Shown here piece by piece: positions 40,655 through 49,667 of a stretch of DNA of 64,000 nt. The DNA comes from a virus (lineage: Duplodnaviria > Heunggongvirae > Uroviricota > Caudoviricetes). Position 1 is the stretch's first letter. The number at the start of each line of letters is the position of its first letter. The DNA lies in the IMG/VR virus record IMGVR_UViG_3300035494_000066; one strand, written 5' to 3'. A program made the position numbers and the translations under genes. The notes beneath the pieces were generated by a model. It was given only the letters and a program-made list of their open reading frames with translations, was not told the origin of the DNA and ran no database searches.

Positions 40655-41801
40655 AATGAGCATATGACCCAAACGGCGGCTCGATTGTTTTGCTACTATG
40701 GATAACAAACAATGTGTCGCAGTAGTTGGGATCACCCCAAGAACTTCTTGGGTACCCGTCGGTGAACATAACGAGCAGCTTAGGTTCGATGTTGTGCTCT
40801 TTCATAAACTCCCAGTTAGCTGTGAACTCAGTGCCGCCAAATCCTTTAAGTTCGTAATCAGTAATCTCGTCACTGTTGTACGAACAGAACTTTCTGTGAT
40901 TGTGTACTTTAGTGTCAAAACACCAGATATTTAGGTTGTAGTCAGCATACGAATCCATAATGCCTTTAATTTCTGACACAAAGTCACGGAGCATTGTTGT
41001 ATTAATCGACCCCGACGTATCGATTGCAACACATACGTCAATAGCCTCTTCTGGAATCATGCCTGCAGGCATGACCGCGTCCATGTGTTGGCCTTTGCGG
41101 CTAGGACGCATCCACGAAAAGTTACTGCGAATAGTACTTTCGATGCTCTGTGCAAGTAGCTCACGCCAGTTAATCTTAGGTTCAACTAGGTCCTTAACGA
41201 AGCGATCAACACTGCTAGGAACGTTACCTGATCCTGCTGCAGATTTCGCTGCTTCAATGACTGCAGCTTGCATCGCCTGCCCGGCTTCTATTTGCTCTTC
41301 TTCAGATAAGCCGTCCTCGCTAGCGCCATCGACATGTTCGTCGAGAAGTTTACCAGCAAGCTCTTTGCGCAGTTCCGACAGTTGTTGCATGTTCGGATCG
41401 CTCATGAGATCGTCGTACACTTCTTCGAAGGTCCATCCTTTGTACTTCGGATCGTATAAGCCCGATTTAATAAAGTCGCCGATACCGTGTGTGATTAGAT
41501 CTGCGTTTACCACAAAGTCCTGCGCAATATTAGCAATCATCTGGTCACGTTCACCAGTCCGCGGAATATGGTCGTATACCGCATGAAGCAACTCATGCCC
41601 GATTAAGAATTGTAGTTCGCTGTCTGTAAGGCTTTCTACAAAACTAGGATTATAAAAGATGTCGCGACCGTTTGTTGCAGCAGTTTTATATTTCTCTGAT
41701 TCGACCAGCTTCATCCGGGTTGCTAGCGGTCCGAAGAACGGATGTTTTAGTAGCATTTGGACTCGAGCTGTAATAAGCCGGTCTTTAATTTCTGCGTTCA
41801 T
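40644..41801 (-). CDS. HExxH metallopeptidase-like + vWA domain protein (DUF2201 type)
   Basis: TAATNG, GHELLH, MIDAS DTSGS, GGT and FTDGY. Confidence 0.85.
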   Translation of the reverse strand: MNAEIKDRLITARVQMLLKHPFFGPLATRMKLVESEKYKTAATNGRDIFYNPSFVESLTDSELQFLIGHELLHAVYDHIPRTGERDQMIANIAQDFVVNADLITHGIGDFIKSGLYDPKYKGWTFEEVYDDLMSDPNMQQLSELRKELAGKLLDEHVDGASEDGLSEEEQIEAGQAMQAAVIEAAKSAAGSGNVPSSVDRFVKDLVEPKINWRELLAQSIESTIRSNFSWMRPSRKGQHMDAVMPAGMIPEEAIDVCVAIDTSGSINTTMLRDFVSEIKGIMDSYADYNLNIWCFDTKVHNHRKFCSYNSDEITDYELKGFGGTEFTANWEFMKEHNIEPKLLVMFTDGYPRSSWGDPNYCDTLFVIHSSKTIEPPFGSYAHYEY

Positions 41802-41835
41802 TGAAAGAAGCTCCCACTAGGATCAATATTAATTA

Positions 41836-41864
41836 TTGTATTATAAAATAAGGGGTTGATCAAC
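41836..41864 (-). promoter_or_regulatory. Possible sigma70 promoter TTGATC-17-TACAAT for the vWA gene
   Basis: Minus strand TTGATC-aaccccttattttataa-TACAAT; the -35 lies inside the palindrome. Confidence 0.4.
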
Positions 41865-41875
41865 CCCTTATTTTA
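41844..41875. terminator. 32-bp perfect palindrome after the MoxR gene
   Basis: taaaataaggggttga|tcaaccccttatttta. Confidence 0.7.
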
Positions 41876-41888
41876 ACTACTGCAATCG

Positions 41889-42971
41889 TTATCGCAGAAT
41901 GTGCTTGCCGAATCGAGTGTGGAACTCTTTGAATGACTTGTTCTTGCCCGGAGATAGCGGTAGCTTAAAGTTAACTAGGGCAATTCGACCAGCCATTACT
42001 GCAATTTCTGGCTCAAAATTGTCCATTGCAAACTTTAGGAATCTGTCTGACATTTCGTACCATTCGTCGGTTGCGCCAATTGAGTTCAGTCTCTCTTTGA
42101 GGTCATAACACAGACTGATGTTCAGCGACACCATTGCCGAAACATCAATGTTGTCAGCTTTAACAACACGACCATCGAGGATGTCATCTGGCTTCGGCAT
42201 AGTACCAGCAACACGCTGGAACGCCATGAATTTAATTGCAGTTCCGTCGCCTACTGTGCCCGACAGAAGATTGAGCGCAGTCTGGTCATCAAGGTCGTCG
42301 GCAATAATATCACTAACAAACGACCAAGCACGTGGTGTAGCAAATGCGCGTGATGCAGTGCTCGGATCAAACTGGAACAGCTCAGACTTGTTATTTTGCA
42401 GGTAACCAATTACGCGAGCATCAACATTAGAGTCAACGGCCCAATCGAACCAGCTTGCAAAGTCGACTTTCATTTCAAGGTGGACAAAACGGTTAGCTAG
42501 CGGACTCGGCATCCGATAAGTTACACCCTTGTCGCCTTCGCGGTTACCAGCAGCAACAATTACGACATTGTCTGGCAGCGTGTACTTGCCGACCTTGCGG
42601 TTCAGAATTAGCTGGTAGCCCGATGCCTGGACAGCAGGGGCAGCAGCATTCATTTCGTCTAGAAACAGAATAATAGTATCGTACTGAGCTGCGTCTGCTG
42701 CAGAAGGAAGATCAACAGGCGGAGCCCAATCCATCATACTGATTTCTTTATTGTAGTACGGAATGCCACGCAAGTCAGTTGGCTCGAGCAAAGGCATTCG
42801 AAGGTCGATGAGATGGGTTTTACCGAACTCGCCAGACTTAGCAATAGACTCTACTAGTTCTGACTTACCAATACCCGGAGGTCCCCACAGGAATACAGGA
42901 CGCTTAACTTCAAAGCATCGACGAATTGCTGCTTTAGCGGCGGTACTGGTAATAGTATGTGCATCGGACAT
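41889..42971 (-). CDS. MoxR-like AAA+ ATPase
   Basis: GPPGIGKS (Walker A), LFLDEMN (Walker B), AAGN, LANRF; adjacent to a vWA gene. Confidence 0.9.
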   Translation of the reverse strand: MSDAHTITSTAAKAAIRRCFEVKRPVFLWGPPGIGKSELVESIAKSGEFGKTHLIDLRMPLLEPTDLRGIPYYNKEISMMDWAPPVDLPSAADAAQYDTIILFLDEMNAAAPAVQASGYQLILNRKVGKYTLPDNVVIVAAGNREGDKGVTYRMPSPLANRFVHLEMKVDFASWFDWAVDSNVDARVIGYLQNNKSELFQFDPSTASRAFATPRAWSFVSDIIADDLDDQTALNLLSGTVGDGTAIKFMAFQRVAGTMPKPDDILDGRVVKADNIDVSAMVSLNISLCYDLKERLNSIGATDEWYEMSDRFLKFAMDNFEPEIAVMAGRIALVNFKLPLSPGKNKSFKEFHTRFGKHILR

Positions 42972-43024
42972 TATGTCTTCCTTTCTTTATGGCTTAAAGT
43001 AATGTTGTTTAATGTTATGTGTGT

Positions 43025-43052
43025 ATTATAGCAGCTTAGCACTTGCTGTCAA
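43025..43052 (-). promoter_or_regulatory. Consensus sigma70 promoter TTGACA-16-TATAAT
   Basis: Minus strand TTGACA gcaagtgctaagctgc TATAAT, about 55 nt upstream of the MoxR ATG. Confidence 0.8.
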
Positions 43053-43055
43053 CGG

Positions 43056-43589
43056 TTAACTGAACAATATGTTCAAATTTCCGTCGTACATGTTGAGGTA
43101 TAGTGCAGTCTCTTCGTCAAACACCACGATTCGTGAGTGTGTAATAACGTACGGTACTTTAATTACTTTATCAATGGCAATAATAGTTTTTGACGTTAAG
43201 TCGGTGATCTCGTTGGCGTACTTTTTAGTAGAAGTAATTTTAGATCCACTGTTACTCGGTTGAACGTGACTAGCTTTAATGTTAGACGCTGAGGCCGAAG
43301 CATATTCTATGTTATATGTGTCTTTAATAAATGGTGTTTTAAAAAGCTCGTTGATAAACATGTATGCCGTTGTTGTAAATCTCATACTCGCAGAACCAGT
43401 CCGATTGTTGCGCCACACTAGCTGCTGATTAGATACAATCTTCTCAGCCAAAAACACGAGGTCAGAGTTGTGCTCGGAGTCTGATTCTAATATTTCTTTT
43501 GCCCGATTGAGTATACAACGATGTATTTCGTCCTTAAGAACTTTAGGATCACTCCGGAATTCTTGGATTAAGCTGTGAATAGTAGTCAC
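43056..43589 (-). CDS. Hypothetical protein
   Basis: 177-aa ORF, GTGA overlap with the upstream gene. Confidence 0.6.
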   Translation of the reverse strand: MTTIHSLIQEFRSDPKVLKDEIHRCILNRAKEILESDSEHNSDLVFLAEKIVSNQQLVWRNNRTGSASMRFTTTAYMFINELFKTPFIKDTYNIEYASASASNIKASHVQPSNSGSKITSTKKYANEITDLTSKTIIAIDKVIKVPYVITHSRIVVFDEETALYLNMYDGNLNILFS

Positions 43590-43798
43590 CAGTGGCCACC
43601 GTCGGATATCGATATTGATGCAGGCTTAGCAGGGCTGCTATCCTGCTGAACGTTACTATTGGTCGAAACTCGATCAGCAAGCAGTAGAGCAATGTCATCA
43701 GCTAGCTGCCGCGCTTCGGCTAAGGTTAGTGTAACATTCCGAGACCTACTAGACTCTGCATGCTTAACTTTGTGGATAAAGTTTTTGATATGTATCAC
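43586..43798 (-). CDS. Hypothetical protein
   Basis: 70 aa, coupled to both neighbours. Confidence 0.6.
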   Translation of the reverse strand: MIHIKNFIHKVKHAESSRSRNVTLTLAEARQLADDIALLLADRVSTNSNVQQDSSPAKPASISISDGGHW

Positions 43799-44271
43799 TT
43801 AGATTTCCTCGCAAGTCGCAACTGTTCCTTCATTTCTAATTCAGTTTTAAACGGCCCTAAGAATTCATTTTTACTCAATGTGTCTACTTTTGGACAAAAA
43901 CTATGAACCCAGCCGTGTTTAAATTTAACAATGTAGTATCCTGCACACAGAACTGCCTTAGATGTCGCAGTCTTAGTAAACGTGCATACATTCGGCCATT
44001 CAGTTACTGTTACGTTAAACGGTTTAGCATTTACCGGAAAACCGTTAACTTCGAACTCTTCATCTGAGTTAGTGCTAGTAGTTGCGTCGGTATCTTTGCT
44101 TAGCTGAATGTTATTTTTCTTCAAGGCCGCACTAGCGGTTGGGTATGTAGTTTTAACTCCGTTGAGAGTTAATGCAAACATGTCGTTTTCTGTCGGTTGC
44201 AGTAAGCCGACTCGGGTACCGCAATCAACAATGACCCAAAACTTTCCTTTAAGAATTTCTACTGCGTTCAT
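43795..44271 (-). CDS. Hypothetical protein
   Basis: 158 aa, AAGGA RBS; CAGYYIVKF...FCPK...GPFKTE. Confidence 0.7.
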   Translation of the reverse strand: MNAVEILKGKFWVIVDCGTRVGLLQPTENDMFALTLNGVKTTYPTASAALKKNNIQLSKDTDATTSTNSDEEFEVNGFPVNAKPFNVTVTEWPNVCTFTKTATSKAVLCAGYYIVKFKHGWVHSFCPKVDTLSKNEFLGPFKTELEMKEQLRLARKSK

Positions 44272-44281
44272 CTGATATCCT

Positions 44282-45271
44282 TTATTGTTTGTACGGAGCT
44301 GTTAGCCACTGAACATATGCATTTGCAGACTCAGACATCCGTACTAGTTCGTACTTACCACAGAATTTCATGAAATGTGCACCGATCATCGGCACTGCTT
44401 TTTCAACGCACTGCTCATTGATAACTTTGTCTAACATTGCAACAACATTACTCGGCTGCGCAGTTAAGTCAATTAGCGTTCGATTCCGTTGGTAGTCGTC
44501 ATTGACTAAGTGCTCATCGCCGTTATGGTCAGTCCACCGTTGCAGCATCAAGTTGTTCCAATTGAAACCTTTTGTATCTTTGTCTGCAAATGCATCAATC
44601 ATACCGGTTTTGTTTTTTGTCCCCTTTTTGCGAACGCCTGGGTACGCACTAAAGACGTTGTCTGTTGAGTCACCACGAATACATTTTTCAAATAGCAGCC
44701 ACTGCGGGTCTTCTAACTTTTTGTGCAGCTTGGTTTTCTTGTCAATGACTTCTTTACCGTTTGCTTTGTAAAAACCATTGATAGTAATTAGCTCTTCGGT
44801 AACACCGTTGTACTGAGACACATTCTCAGCTATTAGCTGGTAAAAGTCTGAGTCAGTACTAACAATAATATGCTCGTCGTTTGGGTGTGTTTGAATAAAC
44901 CTTGCAATAATGTCGTCTGCTTCGGCATTAGGACATCGGACAACACTACAATTAGTCTTTTCGCGAAGATACGTAGTCATGTCATTGAGCGCTTCCATAA
45001 ACAGCTGATCTTCTTCTTGTTCGGCTTCGGTCTTAGCCATAGCTGCTACTTTGCGGTTGGCTTTGTACGGAGCATACACGTCTTTCCGCCAGCTCCGGCC
45101 CTCGAGTGCAAAAACAACATGATCTGCATTGTACAAGTTAAACGCTTTGTTTACTGCGCCGAGTGTGATATGCAAGCTAAGGCCTATTTTTGCCCACGCG
45201 TCGGTATTACGGTGCGCAACGTGTTTGCCGCGAAAAAAAGTGTTTGCTGTGTCTACAAGTAAGTATTTCAT
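44282..45271 (-). CDS. rnh: RNase H / 5'-3' exonuclease (T4 rnh, FEN-like)
   Basis: LLVD..N, SWRK..Y..YKANR, EADDIIA, STDSDFYQL, GDSTDNV; ATG 45271 overlaps the previous stop. Confidence 0.88.
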   Translation of the reverse strand: MKYLLVDTANTFFRGKHVAHRNTDAWAKIGLSLHITLGAVNKAFNLYNADHVVFALEGRSWRKDVYAPYKANRKVAAMAKTEAEQEEDQLFMEALNDMTTYLREKTNCSVVRCPNAEADDIIARFIQTHPNDEHIIVSTDSDFYQLIAENVSQYNGVTEELITINGFYKANGKEVIDKKTKLHKKLEDPQWLLFEKCIRGDSTDNVFSAYPGVRKKGTKNKTGMIDAFADKDTKGFNWNNLMLQRWTDHNGDEHLVNDDYQRNRTLIDLTAQPSNVVAMLDKVINEQCVEKAVPMIGAHFMKFCGKYELVRMSESANAYVQWLTAPYKQ

Positions 45272-45963
45272 ATAATCTTCTGAATGTATGGAATTAAAAA
45301 TCGGGCCCACGCATTGTGACCGTCGGGTCCGTAGTGGTAGCTAAATGCACTAACTGGGGTTATGTTCACTGACGCAAGATAGTCGGAATACGTCATACCG
45401 TACGGATCGACATAATTGTCGCCCCAGTTGACCTCGCCGGTGATACGTTTATCAAATTGGTGAAATGCGTTAAAGAACAGATGTTTAATCCCTTGTTCTT
45501 TAAGTTCACAGTGAAACCGGTATATTGTGTCGTGCCACTGTTTCATACACTTATGATAGTGGTTTTCGTCGCAACTCGCAACCCATTTCTTGTATTCTTG
45601 TTTATAGTGTTCAGGTACCGAATCTGTGCCACTGGCTGTTAATTGAAGCATTTTACCGTCAACATCAACTTCTTTCCGCTCCCAAGAAGTCCACCCTATT
45701 AGGACAAACGGTTTTGACTTGTTGTTGTTAATAAAATCGCGAGTTGTTCGAAGAATCCTGTCGTTACTGCTAGCACCTTCTGCATCTGTAGCAAATCCAG
45801 TATTAAACACTCGTGCTAGTAATTTACCGTACGACACTTCTAAGTTGTCAGGGTGCGGCCTACGTTGCATGTGAACATACATAGGGTCGTCTTCGGCAAA
45901 TACATAAGGATTAACAGCTTCTGCTGCAGCAGCGTGACTATCGCCGTTTGAATATAAGATCAT
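45268..45963 (-). CDS. SGNH/GDSL-like protein
   Basis: NGDSH, SSNDRILRTT, C-terminal HYGPDGH; paralogue of 31669-32463. Confidence 0.6.
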   Translation of the reverse strand: MILYSNGDSHAAAAEAVNPYVFAEDDPMYVHMQRRPHPDNLEVSYGKLLARVFNTGFATDAEGASSNDRILRTTRDFINNNKSKPFVLIGWTSWERKEVDVDGKMLQLTASGTDSVPEHYKQEYKKWVASCDENHYHKCMKQWHDTIYRFHCELKEQGIKHLFFNAFHQFDKRITGEVNWGDNYVDPYGMTYSDYLASVNITPVSAFSYHYGPDGHNAWARFLIPYIQKII

Positions 45964-46292
45964 CGAACTTCAGTCCTACCATCTGCTCGAGTTTTTCTTT
46001 CTACAAACGAAGTTTGGGCACTTTCTTGTTCAAATGTTTCTAATACAATATGGCGGCACACGTCTTGAAACCATTGCTCTACAATCTGTTCGTCGCTCTT
46101 GCCTTGGTAGCCTATATTACGTAACGATGTAATAAAATAAGAGTTCCAGTCTAGCTCAAATGCACCAGCACGCATATTTGTTTCGTCTAGTTCAACAGAT
46201 AGCACTTCTACATACGGCTCTTGATTTTTTGTTGCTTGTTCTTTTTTTGATCGCGGTTTTCGCGACAACAGTTGTTTTATTCTTGCAAACAT
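45960..46292 (-). CDS. Hypothetical protein
   Basis: 110 aa; GAFELDWN motif; ATGA overlap. Confidence 0.65.
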   Translation of the reverse strand: MFARIKQLLSRKPRSKKEQATKNQEPYVEVLSVELDETNMRAGAFELDWNSYFITSLRNIGYQGKSDEQIVEQWFQDVCRHIVLETFEQESAQTSFVERKTRADGRTEVR

Positions 46293-46305
46293 AGTATAAC
46301 CTTAA

Positions 46306-46539
46306 TTAAGTAATTACTGATTCACTCGGTATCACTAAGCAATAAATGCTATAGTGATTTCCTTTGATCTTTTCGATTAGCTGTGCCTGCTGTGCTTCTT
46401 CGAGACTAGGAAAAGCATTATAGAAGTGCTCAGTTGTTGCAGATGTTGCATCGTAGCATAGCTCGATGCTTTTAACCCCTAGGTTAGCGCGAGCTAGTAC
46501 ATAAACAGTTAACATCTCTACATTTTGCTCAGGTAGCAC
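46306..46539 (-). CDS. Hypothetical protein
   Basis: 77-aa ORF filling the gap after queE. Confidence 0.45.
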   Translation of the reverse strand: MLPEQNVEMLTVYVLARANLGVKSIELCYDATSATTEHFYNAFPSLEEAQQAQLIEKIKGNHYSIYCLVIPSESVIT

Positions 46540-46541
46540 AG

Positions 46542-47420
46542 TTAAGTCCCCCAGCTGTTACCGTACAGCGAGATGTGGAGTCGCGGACTAAAACGCCAGC
46601 CTTTCTGCAGACTAATTTCAGCAACTGCAGATTCGTTAAGTTTGTATTCTTCTGACCTTCCACCAACTGGCATTACATACACAGGAACCTTAACCCCGCG
46701 CTGGGAATATTCCTGCACTGCAGATTCGACTTCATCAACATCGTCGTTATTTGCAATAACGAATTTAAAATACAAATTAGAGTTTGGTATTTGGAAATAC
46801 TGCATCGCAACGTCTGGCTTGATAGCATCTTCCCAAGCCTCGCCAGATACTGATAGCTTTGGCGAGCAACTCCATGTAACGTGTAAATCATCGCGCCGAT
46901 TTTGGAGATATGTTACAAATTCAGGCCTTAGCAGTTGTGTTGTATTAGTCTCAAACGTTAAGTTCTTGAGCTCAGCCATACGCGGATGAGACAGCAACTC
47001 AGCATAAAATCTCTGCCAACCGAGTAACGGTTCGCCACCAGTAATAACTAAGTGAATGTCTTGGCCGTTTTCTAAAGTCCATTCTCCATTTGGTGTAGCT
47101 GCTAACAAACTTTCAACAAGCTCGTCGACTGTATCGTTTTGCATGAAGCGTTTAAATTCTGGGTATATGCTAGCATATGTATCACACCCAGTGTGCACAA
47201 TGGGCAATTCGTCAAAATGTTTGTATGTATCGAGTGCATCGATGATCGGAATTACTTCCGGATTGTACTTCCCAACATCTTCGTCTTTGTCTCTGCCGAA
47301 CTTTTTGCATCTAAAATTACAGCCAAACGTGCGAAGGAATACACTAGGAACACCAACAAATTTACCTTCGCCTTGGTGACTGTAAAAAATTTCTGAATAT
47401 CGTAACGTCTTTTCCTTCAT
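46542..47420 (-). CDS. queE: 7-carboxy-7-deazaguanine synthase (QueE-like radical SAM)
   Basis: EIFYSHQGEG...VFLRTFGCNFRC...CDT, TGGEPL, ETN, SPKL, FKFVI, SPRLH; adjacent to queD. Confidence 0.85.
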   Translation of the reverse strand: MKEKTLRYSEIFYSHQGEGKFVGVPSVFLRTFGCNFRCKKFGRDKDEDVGKYNPEVIPIIDALDTYKHFDELPIVHTGCDTYASIYPEFKRFMQNDTVDELVESLLAATPNGEWTLENGQDIHLVITGGEPLLGWQRFYAELLSHPRMAELKNLTFETNTTQLLRPEFVTYLQNRRDDLHVTWSCSPKLSVSGEAWEDAIKPDVAMQYFQIPNSNLYFKFVIANNDDVDEVESAVQEYSQRGVKVPVYVMPVGGRSEEYKLNESAVAEISLQKGWRFSPRLHISLYGNSWGT

Positions 47421-47436
47421 TGCTGTTCCTATTGTG

Positions 47437-47931
47437 TTAACCTTCGTAAATTGCAGAATTTGCCCCGTGTTCGAAGACTTCTACACTTTTAACTCGCACA
47501 GTATTGTTTAGTGCTTTACCTGCTGCTCGATCCTCGTCTAGCATGTTACTTAGCGTGTCGTATGCCAGCTGGGCAAATCTTTCGCAACCTACTGCTGGAA
47601 CGATTCGCAAATCAAGAAGTGCAGTATTTGCACCATCACGGATTGCTCCGATTTCTTGTAGCTTCATAAACGAATCTAAGTGAGGGTCGTCTTCTGCAAT
47701 TAGTACAGTGTGGTCGAACATATGTTCGAGCCATTCTTTGAATCGTTTAAGACTACCGAAGTCTTGGACCCAATTTCGCTCGTCGAGTGAATCGCATTCA
47801 AAAATGACTTTAACACCGATGCTATATCCGTGCAGTAGAGAACAGTGACTATGATGACTTCTCCACTGTCTAAAGCAACAACTCAAGCCGCGATCGTTGC
47901 CCCATGTTTTTGTACTGTAAAACTTGCCCAT
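47437..47931 (-). CDS. queD: QueD/PTPS-like T-fold protein (divergent, CxxxHGY)
   Basis: HCSLLHGY, DFG, FDH, GCERFA, VEVFEHGANSA. Confidence 0.75.
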   Translation of the reverse strand: MGKFYSTKTWGNDRGLSCCFRQWRSHHSHCSLLHGYSIGVKVIFECDSLDERNWVQDFGSLKRFKEWLEHMFDHTVLIAEDDPHLDSFMKLQEIGAIRDGANTALLDLRIVPAVGCERFAQLAYDTLSNMLDEDRAAGKALNNTVRVKSVEVFEHGANSAIYEG

Positions 47932-47940
47932 CGGATCTCC

Positions 47941-48366
47941 TTAAGAATATTTAAATTTCAGCATATATGCTAGTGCTTGGTCGTTTGTGCCAAAGTGCAC
48001 ATGTGATAATTTGCTGAATGTCTGATTTACATTATAATACAAGAATGCTCGGTTGTCTACTGGCAATTCTGACAACGATGAGAAATATTCTGAGAGGCTA
48101 GGATCTATATTTGCGATCCAGCCCGGGTAACGGGGGAATTCTCGACTACACAATTTATCGATTGATACTTCGCCATTAAACTGAAATTTTGAAGTAATTG
48201 AGCCGTCGGTAACTGTTAAGTATTCTTCCATAAGTGTAGTCATCTCGCTAATACAACCAGCTAGCTGGTCTTTGTATTTCAGCAACTCACCAAGTTGCTG
48301 AACTGGAAATATAAACCAGAATGTATCTTCTACGATTGCTCGGACGCCTGTACTGTTACTGAACAT
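47941..48366 (-). CDS. Hypothetical protein
   Basis: 141-aa ORF between the two queD genes. Confidence 0.5.
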   Translation of the reverse strand: MFSNSTGVRAIVEDTFWFIFPVQQLGELLKYKDQLAGCISEMTTLMEEYLTVTDGSITSKFQFNGEVSIDKLCSREFPRYPGWIANIDPSLSEYFSSLSELPVDNRAFLYYNVNQTFSKLSHVHFGTNDQALAYMLKFKYS

Positions 48367-48767
48367 TTGCGCGTTTCTTCTATATCAACTTTAGTAATAA
48401 TTGCATCCGTGCTCTGCAGCAGAGCTGGGCATACTACTTCTACTAGGTATTGACCCATGTTTTCTGCAGTAGGGTTAAACGATGTTACAACAGTACCGGG
48501 CGGATCTAGATCAACGAGCGAATCAGCAAACGGGTCTTCGGCCCATACTAGAAACTTATGATCCCAGTTATGCTCTAACCATTCGCACAGTAAGTCTTTA
48601 ATTACCGAAAAATCTAGAACACGTCCTACTTGATCTAGTCCAGTCTTGCTTGTGACAGTAAAGTGTACTCTATAATTGTGACCGTGTAAGTGGCTACATT
48701 TAGACTCGTGGCCGTATACACGGTGGCCGGCCGAAAAATCATGATATCGTGTTGCAGTTGTTGTCAT
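48330..48767 (-). CDS. queD: 6-carboxytetrahydropterin synthase (canonical QueD)
   Basis: FSAGH, CSHLHGHNY (CxxxHGH), LDF, DH, NPTAEN, EET. Confidence 0.88.
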   Translation of the reverse strand: MTTTATRYHDFSAGHRVYGHESKCSHLHGHNYRVHFTVTSKTGLDQVGRVLDFSVIKDLLCEWLEHNWDHKFLVWAEDPFADSLVDLDPPGTVVTSFNPTAENMGQYLVEVVCPALLQSTDAIITKVDIEETRKCSVTVQASEQS

Positions 48768-48820
48768 AGACGATTACCTTAAAATTTACAAGTTATCTTT
48801 GTAGTAGTCAGAACTTGAAC

Positions 48821-49360
48821 TTATTCCTCCCACGGAAACACAATCCAACTTGGGTCTTTATTCTTATCAATCGAAACGCTATAGTAGTCAACATCCTTAA
48901 AACTACTAGGTACATTATTAAATAATGTTGCAAATTTAACATTATTATGCCATGGGTTGTGTTCTTTTGCTAGCCAGCCTGCATTTGATGTCCAGTCTGA
49001 TACTAACCAGTTAAACGTTGCACCAGTGTCGTTGATATCGTCGACGACAAGTATGTTTGCAGTGTTAATTTGGTTTTGGCGAACAGTGTTATTATCGCTC
49101 TCTTCACTTTGGTAGCCAAACGCATCTTCAGCCATCCAGCAGTTTGACTCGCACTCCTCGCCGCCGGCTGCATCTCGTAACTTTATCTTAACCATCTCAC
49201 ATCGAACATCTAACATATGAGACAAAATAACAGCTGGAATGCACCCACCGCGAGTAATTCCAACAATATAGTCTGGAACAAATCCAGACTCTCGTACTTG
49301 ATTGGCTATTTCTTCACATGCAAGTGTGATATCAGACCAAGAAATGTGTGTTTTATTCAT
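48821..49360 (-). CDS. Type I purine phosphoribosyltransferase (Gpt-like)
   Basis: IVGITRGG, ILVVDDINDTGAT (PRPP-binding), WIVFPWE. Confidence 0.88.
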   Translation of the reverse strand: MNKTHISWSDITLACEEIANQVRESGFVPDYIVGITRGGCIPAVILSHMLDVRCEMVKIKLRDAAGGEECESNCWMAEDAFGYQSEESDNNTVRQNQINTANILVVDDINDTGATFNWLVSDWTSNAGWLAKEHNPWHNNVKFATLFNNVPSSFKDVDYYSVSIDKNKDPSWIVFPWEE

Positions 49361-49667
49361 TATAACTCTCTGCTAATGCTACCATGGTATCTAACTGAGA
49401 TTTAAGTTCAGCAATACCCGGGTACTGTTCTGCTAATTTTAGTATTCGAGCTTCGCGCTCTTTAAATGCATTTACTTCAGTACGAAGTAGTTCGATATCT
49501 GCTTCGAGTGTGCTAGTTGTAACAGAAAGATCAACATGACACCAGTTCGAGCCATCGTATGCATATAATTGAGTATCGTTACCTAATACAACTGAGCCCA
49601 CTGCAGCAGTTCCGTCGAGTGGGTTACTTGCATTATTCCGATAACTAGTGACGTTAACTCTGCTCAT
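49353..49667 (-). CDS. Hypothetical protein
   Basis: 104 aa with C-terminal coiled coil; overlaps both neighbours. Confidence 0.55.
   Translation of the reverse strand: MSRVNVTSYRNNASNPLDGTAAVGSVVLGNDTQLYAYDGSNWCHVDLSVTTSTLEADIELLRTEVNAFKEREARILKLAEQYPGIAELKSQLDTMVALAESYNE

Noticed and set aside
40960-41586. 208-aa + strand ORF, and similar ones such as 62025-62660 and 39157-39648
   Set aside because: Fully antisense to well-supported genes; composition typical of reverse-frame translation
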